The notes beneath the pieces are model-generated. The model made no database searches and was not told where the DNA came from. It saw only the letters and a program-made list of their open reading frames with translations. Positions 1-5,464 of a stretch of 5,464 bases of DNA are shown piece after piece. Position 1 is the stretch's first letter, and each line of letters opens with the position of its first letter. The stretch is from a virus (Duplodnaviria > Heunggongvirae > Uroviricota > Caudoviricetes): IMG/VR virus record IMGVR_UViG_2597490253_000006; one strand, written 5' to 3'. The translations under genes and the position numbers were made by a program.

Positions 1-1344
1 ACTGAACAGCTCGCCATAGGTCGCCAGTGCAATAGTGGCCTGTTTATCTCCGGTGGTGACGTATTTATATTCCGCCCCTTCACGCACCTTACGCAGAGCA
101 CTGAAGCCCCCCATACCCACACGATGGGCAATTTTAAAATCAGACAACTGACCTTTCCGCGTCCACTGTTCATAGGTTTCAGGGGCATCTTCCCAGCCCT
201 GCAGAATGGCTTTGTTCGCAACATCCAGCAGAATATTACCGAAGTCAGACGTACTGTGTGTGAACGCCGCACCGACCATCTGCATCGGGTTATAACTGGA
301 AACACCAATACCCCGTTCAGTCAGTGACATACGGGCATATTCACGCAGAGTCATCCCGTTGTAGACATTATCACGTTCGGTTTTTTCAAATCCGGCACGC
401 GCCATCAGCGCCTGGCGGATCCCGTCCCCCACAAAATTACCGTTACCGGCATAAATATGAGCCGGGGTATTTTTATTGGATGGCGTGGACTCGCGCCCCA
501 TCTCGTTCAACAGCTTTTCGCGGGCCTGCTCCAGCGAACATTCAGGATCGGCAAGGCACTGAGCCTGCAGCGTCTGATAACGCCCGCCAAACATGGCAAA
601 CAGATCATTAATACCGTTTACACGCGCTTTTTGCTCTGCCAGTACCTGCGCACGGATACTGTTTTCATCCAGCACGGGTGCTGCTGCCTGCACTGGCGTC
701 CGGGAGGCTGCAGGTTCATTATCCTGTACGCGTGGAGCACTGTTACGTGGCGGAGTAATCATGTTTCGAATGGATTCCGGCATCTTTTTAAATTCCTCTG
801 TACGTTTTGACTGAATACATGCCATTGCCTTAACGGCTGGCGTCACCTGATCAGCAAATCCCTGTGCCAGACATTCGGCACCGGACATCCAGGTCTCATC
901 CGCCAGCATGGCAGCAATTTCATCGGTGGTTTTCCCGGTTTTCTGTGCATAAGCGGGTAACAGAACCGCCTCAACTTTATCGAGCAGGTCGGCATAGGTG
1001 CGCATGTCCTCCGCATCACCGCCCGTAAAGCCAAATGGTTTATGAATCATCATGAAGGTGTTTTCCGGCATAATGACCGGGTTTCCCACCATCGCAATGA
1101 CCGACGCCATTGACGCCGCCACACCGTCGACATAAACGGTAATGGACGCACCATGTGTTTTCAGTGCATTAAAAATGGCGATGCCTTCAAAGACATCGCC
1201 ACCCGGTGAATTGATATGGAGATTAATGTGGGTGATATCGCCCAGTGCATTCAGATCACTGATAAACTGCTTCGCCGTAACACCCCAGAAACCAATCTCG
1301 TCATAAATATAAATATCCGCATCACTCTGGTGACCAGCCTGCAT
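1..1344 (-). CDS. Prohead (head maturation) protease, ClpP/S14-like N-terminal domain with a long C-terminal extension (scaffold- or capsid-like); 3' end truncated by the window edge. 448 codons are open to position 1.
   Basis: Hand translation of the minus strand from ATG at 1344..1342 gives MQAGHQSDADIYIYDEIGFWGVTAKQFISDLNALGDITHINLHINSPGGDVFEGIAIFNALKTHGASITVYVDGVAASMASVIAMVGNPVIMPENTFMMIHKPFGF... with no stop through position 1. The GVAASMAS motif matches the ClpP catalytic-serine motif (GQAASMG type) and MMIHKP matches the ClpP catalytic-histidine motif (MIHQP type). It lies immediately downstream of the portal gene, as gene C does in lambda. It is absent from the ORF track only because it has no stop inside the window. 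Confidence 0.8.
   Translation of the reverse strand, partial: MQAGHQSDADIYIYDEIGFWGVTAKQFISDLNALGDITHINLHINSPGGDVFEGIAIFNALKTHGASITVYVDGVAASMASVIAMVGNPVIMPENTFMMIHKPFGFTGGDAEDMRTYADLLDKVEAVLLPAYAQKTGKTTDEIAAMLADETWMSGAECLAQGFADQVTPAVKAMACIQSKRTEEFKKMPESIRNMITPPRNSAPRVQDNEPAASRTPVQAAAPVLDENSIRAQVLAEQKARVNGINDLFAMFGGRYQTLQAQCLADPECSLEQAREKLLNEMGRESTPSNKNTPAHIYAGNGNFVGDGIRQALMARAGFEKTERDNVYNGMTLREYARMSLTERGIGVSSYNPMQMVGAAFTHSTSDFGNILLDVANKAILQGWEDAPETYEQWTRKGQLSDFKIAHRVGMGGFSALRKVREGAEYKYVTTGDKQATIALATYGELFS
1042..1113 (-). other. Catalytic Ser and His codons of the ClpP-like protease domain.
   Basis: Codon 1113..1111 is TCA (Ser78, within GVAASMAS) and codon 1044..1042 is CAT (His101, within MMIHKP), matching the ClpP Ser/His motif context. 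Confidence 0.7.
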
Positions 1345-1357
1345 CCTGAACCAGGAA

Positions 1358-2899
1358 TTATTCTTCGGACTGGTTGTTGGTGTGCTGCGGCTCCTGTCGT
1401 TTCGTTGCGGCACTGCTGCCTCCTTTATCACTGGCCGGATCGGTATCAAATACCAGATCCAGCTTGCGGTTTTCATCAATTTCGGCCTTGCGCCGACGTT
1501 TGACATCATCCGGATTACGACCACCAGCACGTACCCAGTCTGATTCTGTCGCCGCTCCACCACGAATCTGGATTTTCCAGGCCTCAGCCTCCTTAACAGG
1601 GTCAATCCACGGCATCACCGGTCCGGAATACACCGCGGTATACAGTGAAGAACGGTCAAGATCGCGGGGTAGCCTGATAACACCGGATGCCACAGCCTGT
1701 TTCAGCCAGGCACGGTACATCGGGCGGGTGACGGCACCAATAAACCAGTCCTGCAGGATCAGGTAGCCATCAGTGGATTCAACCAGCTCCTGACGCTGGG
1801 CGCTGTAAGTGCCGTTATAGTTGCGCGCTGTACTGGAAAAACTCAGACGACTGCCAGCCGCCACGGCACGCAACTGACCATTACGAAAAGTTTCAAGGTT
1901 AGGATTGGGACGATCCGACTTCACCATTCCGATTTCTTCGCCGGGTTTCAGATCGTCGTAAATAATGCCTGGCTGAATGGTAAGCTCGCGTTCATTCTCC
2001 TTGCTGTCATTACCATCCGTTTCATAGCTCTGTCCGTCGCCTTTCCGGATGTACATCCCCAGAGCAGCGGCGATCCTTGCTGCAGTCAGCTCAGAATCTT
2101 CATACTCTTTCAGGGCGCTGAGGCGGATCAGCACACCGGACAATAAAGACGTCCCGCGCATCTGGTGCAGACGGCGAACAAATTTAAGATGCAGCATTCG
2201 CTCTGCATCCACTTCTTTGGTTTCCATCTGCCGTCCGGATACAGGACGACTTTTATACACCAGATATTTTTCGGGACGCCCCCAGTCATCAACAAACACG
2301 CCCTGATTCAGCCTGTTGCTCTCATCACTGGTCATGGGAATAAAGTCCGGCTCGAGCGCCTCCAGCCAGAAATGAACACCGGCAGAAGGCGTCAGGCTGT
2401 TTATGCGCCCGGAAACCATCTGGGCAAACACCTCACCATCGCGCAGCCAGGTACGCAGCATCAGACGTTCCAGCATCGGACGGGTAAACTGCCCGGTGAC
2501 TTCCGGACTGACAGACCATTCACTCCATCGGGTACGTATCTCCGCTGCCAGGTCACGGGCAATGGCACCATTGCGTAATACCGGATGTGGCTCGACAATA
2601 ATCCCGTTTTTCCCCACCACCCGTTCTTCCAGCTTGTCAAATACACCAATGACCAGATCGTGGTTGTTATCAAGGTAACGGGCCTGCTCACGTAACGACA
2701 CGGCCCCGTACTGGCTNNNNNNNNNNAACGACACGGCCCCGTACTGGCTTAACTGGTCGGCAGTTCGGTTCTCCCGTCGGGCTTTGTGTGTCCGCGTCGT
2801 TTTTACGGCCTCATAAGCTTGGATCACCGCTCGGGAACGCAGCCTTGCCGCTTTCCATCCTGGTGAAAAAACGCCAATCACATCATCAAGAATTGCCAT
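1358..2899 (-). CDS. Phage portal protein, lambda gpB-like; contains a 10-N gap plus a 23-bp duplication in frame.
   Basis: Long minus-strand ORF (the track's 1358..2971). I place the start at ATG 2899..2897 (MAILDDVIGVF...) because it is preceded by GAGG with a 5-nt spacer and overlaps the upstream stop as TGATG. Size is about 500 aa and the position directly after the gpW-like gene matches lambda order (A-W-B-C). A C-terminal segment (LSFSSTARNYNGTYSAQRQ...) resembles the lambda gpB region as I recall it (from memory, not aligned). Confidence 0.8.
   Translation of the reverse strand: MAILDDVIGVFSPGWKAARLRSRAVIQAYEAVKTTRTHKARRENRTADQLSQYGAVSXXXXSQYGAVSLREQARYLDNNHDLVIGVFDKLEERVVGKNGIIVEPHPVLRNGAIARDLAAEIRTRWSEWSVSPEVTGQFTRPMLERLMLRTWLRDGEVFAQMVSGRINSLTPSAGVHFWLEALEPDFIPMTSDESNRLNQGVFVDDWGRPEKYLVYKSRPVSGRQMETKEVDAERMLHLKFVRRLHQMRGTSLLSGVLIRLSALKEYEDSELTAARIAAALGMYIRKGDGQSYETDGNDSKENERELTIQPGIIYDDLKPGEEIGMVKSDRPNPNLETFRNGQLRAVAAGSRLSFSSTARNYNGTYSAQRQELVESTDGYLILQDWFIGAVTRPMYRAWLKQAVASGVIRLPRDLDRSSLYTAVYSGPVMPWIDPVKEAEAWKIQIRGGAATESDWVRAGGRNPDDVKRRRKAEIDENRKLDLVFDTDPASDKGGSSAATKRQEPQHTNNQSEE
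2694..2749. repeat. Exact 23-bp direct duplication (aacgacacggccccgtactggct) on both sides of the N gap; most likely a scaffolding artefact.
   Basis: Copy 1 at 2694..2716 and copy 2 at 2727..2749 are identical. Gap plus one copy is 33 nt, so the portal frame is preserved and the translation shows SQYGAVS-XXXX-SQYGAVS. Confidence 0.9.
2717..2726. other. Assembly gap (run of 10 N) inside the portal CDS.
   Basis: Literal n characters at 2717..2726. Confidence 0.99.
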
Positions 2900-3111
2900 C
2901 AGAACCTCGCCAGCCGGTACCCGGGATGCCCCCGTCGTCGTGTAATCAGAGCCGCAAGGCGGCGCTCCCACTCCTGCCGCCCCTGCCGGATCTCAGATAA
3001 GTTTTCCATGGTCATCTGCTGACCATTAAAAGTGACGGATTTTCCGTCCAGCACTGCCATTTCAGCTTCCGTATAACGCTGAATCATGGCTTCAATATCA
3101 TTCTGATTCAT
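2899..3111 (-). CDS. Head-tail joining / head completion protein, lambda gpW-like (about 70 aa).
   Basis: Small minus-strand ORF between large terminase and portal. Its C-terminus ...ITRRRGHPGYRLARF resembles the lambda gpW C-terminus (...RRRGPAGFYV, recalled from memory). The track starts it at 3117, but the GGAGG at 3122..3118 abuts that ATG with no spacer, while the in-frame ATG at 3111..3109 sits 6 nt downstream of it and forms an ATGA overlap with the terL stop. Confidence 0.65.
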   Translation of the reverse strand: MNQNDIEAMIQRYTEAEMAVLDGKSVTFNGQQMTMENLSEIRQGRQEWERRLAALITRRRGHPGYRLARF

Positions 3112-5210
3112 AACCATCCTCCGGAAGTCAGCCAGGGGTTAACATCGTCAGTTACTGTTTTCTTCCGTTTTTGTTTTTTAACAGGCGTGGATACCGGTTC
3201 CGGTGTGGGTGACGGTTCGGTACTGTCCGGGACACACTCCAGCCAGGTTTCCCGGCTCGCCCACTCCGGTGCATCCGGCCAGCGGATCTTTTCGTATCCA
3301 TGCAGAATGACCAGAGCCTCGGCATACACCATCAGGTCAAAAGCTTCGTTGGCACCGCGACCCGGCTTACTCCATTTCCCGTCACTGCTCCGCTCTTCAT
3401 ACGTCAGTTCGTCGTAAAACCAGCTCCCCAGCCAGTCAGGGAAATGCACATAGCCGGGACCTGGCGAGTCACGCCATAACGCGTTATTCACCCGGTCTTT
3501 CAGGGCATCCGTCTGAAGAAGCCAGAGCGGTACATCACCTGCGGCCTGCGCCCGTCGGCCCGTTCGTCCGGTGTTATCAGGGAATGTACGGGTGATCAGT
3601 TTTGCGCGCCGGATGCTGTCGCCCTTAAACAGGTAAATACGTTTACCAAGGCCATCACGACGGCAACGACGCCAGAATTTATAGGCATTATCAGTGACCC
3701 CGTCTTCACCGCCGGAGTCCACCGCCATTGCCATCAGTCGCATTTGTTGAGAAGGATCGGAGGCCAGCGGCCAGCTTTTATGAAAAACATCCGTCAGCAG
3801 GACATCCCAGTCTTCCGGATAGCTGGCCGGATCAATTCGCTGGCTCTCCCCGTCGCTGTCACCGCGCAATGACTGCGTGATGTTGTAACGATCAATAATC
3901 CAGCGTTCGCCACGGCTGCCATAGCCCGTTACCTGAACCACAAAACGGCGATGAAGTCCCGCCTGCACATCCACTGTCGCCACAAGGAAATTAACGCCAT
4001 CCGGAACACTGCGGGAAGGAACTGGCTCTGCCCGCTGCTCAAGCAATTCACTTTTTCGTTGCTCCATGCTGGCGCGGGGAAGATAAGGTAATCCCCAGTC
4101 GGTATTGATAACCGTCTTGAGTGTCTCTTCACTTCCGGTTGTCTCGTATTCCTGTTCTGCAGTAAGCAGTTTGTAAACGAGTTGCGAGAGTGTCTGATAA
4201 GCAGCTGCCGGCCCCTCCATCCAGAATGACGCAATACGTGAACGCCGGGGATCACCATAACGACTGCCATCTGCATTGATGGATTCACCATCCCGTAACC
4301 AGACCCCACGTCCGTTCAGCTCGCGTTTTTGTTCAGGCAAAATCCGTCCTGAACAGGAAGGACACTGAATATAAGCCGCCTCACTTGCCAGCACAGGATC
4401 GGCAATATCACGGAAACCAGCAACCACATCGCCGCAGGGCTGAAAATACTCACCACAGTGTGGACAGGGCCAGTACCAGCGACGGCGATCGCCACGGTTA
4501 TAGAGCGACAGGATCCCCGTGGTTGGTGGAGCCTCATGCGGTGAAGTCCGTCGCCATTTCACATCCTTCACATCCCTGCCGGGGGAACTCTCCACCAGCG
4601 TCATACCACTGGACATAAATGTGGTGGTACGTTTTGAGGCAAGAGAGAAGGCATCCCCCTCACCATCAATATCTTCCGGAAAACGGTCATAATCCGTCAG
4701 CGCCACGCATTTATAATCTGATGAAGACATGATATTGACTGACGGCCAGCCGATTTTCAGGTAGTTGCCAGCAAGGAATGTTCTGTCATAAACGTTGTTG
4801 TCATTTTTGTTCGGACTCAGGCGACTGACCACTTCCGGGCTGACGCGAAACGTTCTGGCGAGTCGTTTTTTGGAGTGTTCGCGGGCTTTTTCCTCCGTCA
4901 TCTGAATGATCAGCATATCAGCAGGATCGCAAATCACGTTGTAAATCACCCAGCCGTCAATCAGGCCGATAGTCTTGCCGGTTCGTGCCGGGCCAACAAA
5001 TATCACTGCGTCGTATTCACGCGAGGCCAGGCAGTTCATAGGCTCAATAACATACGGTGCCACCAGCGGATCCCACGGGACTGAGTTCCCTGCCCCCATG
5101 GGCACCCGCATATACTGAGCAACGGCATCAGCAACCCGCATTCGTCTCGGTGCGCGAAGGATATAACCTGAATCGGTTCGTGCTGCCTTTGCGGTTTCCT
5201 GATTCAGCAT
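3108..5210 (-). CDS. terL: Terminase large subunit, lambda GpA family (700 aa).
   Basis: 700-aa minus-strand ORF. Walker A motif GPARTGKT at aa 73-80 (nt 4971..4994, verified by reverse-complementing). Cys-pairs WPCPHCGEYF and IQCPSCSG correspond to the ACPHCGEE region of lambda gpA. The segment NFLVATVDVQAGLHRRFVVQVTGYG resembles the lambda gpA segment AYLTAGIDSQLDRYEMRVWGWG (recalled from memory). Start ATG 5210..5208 is preceded by AGGAGGAG. Confidence 0.9.
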   Translation of the reverse strand: MLNQETAKAARTDSGYILRAPRRMRVADAVAQYMRVPMGAGNSVPWDPLVAPYVIEPMNCLASREYDAVIFVGPARTGKTIGLIDGWVIYNVICDPADMLIIQMTEEKAREHSKKRLARTFRVSPEVVSRLSPNKNDNNVYDRTFLAGNYLKIGWPSVNIMSSSDYKCVALTDYDRFPEDIDGEGDAFSLASKRTTTFMSSGMTLVESSPGRDVKDVKWRRTSPHEAPPTTGILSLYNRGDRRRWYWPCPHCGEYFQPCGDVVAGFRDIADPVLASEAAYIQCPSCSGRILPEQKRELNGRGVWLRDGESINADGSRYGDPRRSRIASFWMEGPAAAYQTLSQLVYKLLTAEQEYETTGSEETLKTVINTDWGLPYLPRASMEQRKSELLEQRAEPVPSRSVPDGVNFLVATVDVQAGLHRRFVVQVTGYGSRGERWIIDRYNITQSLRGDSDGESQRIDPASYPEDWDVLLTDVFHKSWPLASDPSQQMRLMAMAVDSGGEDGVTDNAYKFWRRCRRDGLGKRIYLFKGDSIRRAKLITRTFPDNTGRTGRRAQAAGDVPLWLLQTDALKDRVNNALWRDSPGPGYVHFPDWLGSWFYDELTYEERSSDGKWSKPGRGANEAFDLMVYAEALVILHGYEKIRWPDAPEWASRETWLECVPDSTEPSPTPEPVSTPVKKQKRKKTVTDDVNPWLTSGGWL
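3118..3122 (-). promoter_or_regulatory. Shine-Dalgarno sequence (GGAGG) for the gpW-like gene, inside the terL 3' end.
   Basis: Minus-strand sequence reads CCGGAGGATGGTTATGA; GGAGG is 6 nt upstream of the ATG at 3111. Confidence 0.5.
4353..4466 (-). other. Cys4 cluster (CPHC ... CPSC) in the large terminase, a putative metal-binding motif.
   Basis: Codons verified by reverse-complementing: 4455..4466 gives C-P-H-C and 4353..4364 gives C-P-S-C, at aa 249-252 and 283-286. Confidence 0.6.
4971..4994 (-). other. Walker A (P-loop) ATPase motif GPARTGKT of the large terminase.
   Basis: Reverse complement of 4971..4994 is GGCCCGGCACGAACCGGCAAGACT, which translates to G P A R T G K T. Confidence 0.85.
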
Positions 5211-5464
5211 TACTCCTCCTGCTGTAATTCCTCCTCATCATCCGCACCTGCTTCGGTCACCCGCAGGGCTATCTGATCGCGCAGATCATCAATAATGGAC
5301 TGAACACGGCTCACAGCGGCAGGCTGCAGGCCGCAGTCACGTTCCAGAATATCCGGTAATGTCTCCAGCACCTGCACGACCGCTTTTGCCCAGATGGCAA
5401 ACTCCCGTCTGACATCACTGGCCGGAATGAGTTGTGCCGTTTCCTGTTCGAACTTAAGACGCTC
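5210..5464 (-). CDS. terS: Putative terminase small subunit, C-terminal part only (5' end lies beyond the right edge).
   Basis: Hand translation of the minus strand from 5464 is open for 84 codons (ERLKFEQETAQLIPASDVRREFAIWAKAVVQVLETLPDILERDCGLQPAAVSRVQSIIDDLRDQIALRVTEAGADDEEELQQEE) and ends in TAA at 5212..5210, overlapping the terL ATG as TAATG. The call rests on position immediately upstream of terL, as in lambda Nu1-A; I saw no diagnostic motif in the fragment. Confidence 0.5.
   Translation of the reverse strand, partial: ERLKFEQETAQLIPASDVRREFAIWAKAVVQVLETLPDILERDCGLQPAAVSRVQSIIDDLRDQIALRVTEAGADDEEELQQEE
5213..5220 (-). promoter_or_regulatory. Shine-Dalgarno sequence (AGGAGGAG) for terL, embedded in the 3' end of the upstream gene.
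   Basis: Minus-strand sequence reads AGGAGGAGTAATG, with AGGAGG 4 nt upstream of the terL ATG. Confidence 0.6.

Noticed and set aside
124-814. Cluster of overlapping plus-strand ORFs (124..327, 324..611, 457..810, 593..814).
   Set aside because: All are antisense to the protease C-terminal extension, overlap one another in different frames, and have Arg/Cys-rich nonsense-like composition.
843-1034. Minus-strand 63-aa ORF.
   Set aside because: It is out of frame relative to the ClpP-like protease ORF that covers the same bases, and that ORF carries clear catalytic motifs.
1296-1312. AT-rich near-palindromic stretch (ataaatataaatat) that could look like a regulatory or repeat element.
   Set aside because: It lies inside the protease coding sequence, where it encodes DIYIYDE; there is no intergenic context, so coding constraint explains it best.
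1374-1766. Plus-strand 130-aa ORF (MLVCCGSCRFVAALLPP...).
   Set aside because: It is antisense to the well-supported portal CDS, Ser/Arg/Leu-rich and low-complexity, with no recognisable motif; a typical antisense artefact.
2165-2578. Plus-strand 137-aa ORF antisense to the portal.
   Set aside because: Same reasoning: fully embedded antisense to a conserved structural gene, with no Shine-Dalgarno sequence or motif support.
2900-2971. The ORF-track start of the portal at 2971 (MGAPPCGSDYTTTGASRVPAGEVL...), 24 codons upstream of my chosen start.
   Set aside because: Those 24 codons lie entirely inside the gpW-like gene in another frame and are compositionally odd. The ATG at 2899 has a well-spaced GAGG and a TGATG overlap with the gpW stop.
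3929-4537. Minus-strand ORFs 3929..4309 and 4316..4537 inside terL.
   Set aside because: They are in alternative frames of the large terminase CDS, and their translations are Cys/Arg-rich with no motif.
4385-5084. Plus-strand ORFs 4385..4618 and 4875..5084, antisense to terL.
   Set aside because: Antisense to the conserved terminase ATPase region; His/Arg-rich artefactual composition.
1-5464. Possibility that the window hides a defence system or toxin-antitoxin pair between structural genes.
   Set aside because: There is no intergenic space (junctions overlap or are separated by 13 nt), and all long ORFs are accounted for by canonical head and packaging functions.

Overview
The whole 5,464-bp window is coding on the minus strand and reads as a tightly packed lambda-like (lambdoid prophage, probably enterobacterial) DNA-packaging and head-morphogenesis module. 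In transcription order (right to left) it holds the 3' end of a putative small terminase subunit gene, a GpA-family large terminase, a gpW-like head-tail joining protein, a lambda-type portal, and a ClpP-family prohead protease with a long C-terminal extension that runs off the left edge. Adjacent genes are joined by overlapping or near-abutting stop/start codons (TAATG, ATGA, TGATG), so there is essentially no intergenic space and no room for accessory cargo. A 10-N assembly gap flanked by an exact 23-bp duplication sits inside the portal gene. I see no evidence of a novel defence or otherwise undescribed system here; the plus-strand ORFs in the track are antisense artefacts of the minus-strand genes. 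Family assignments come from recognising motifs in translations by eye and from lambda-like gene order; no database search was run.
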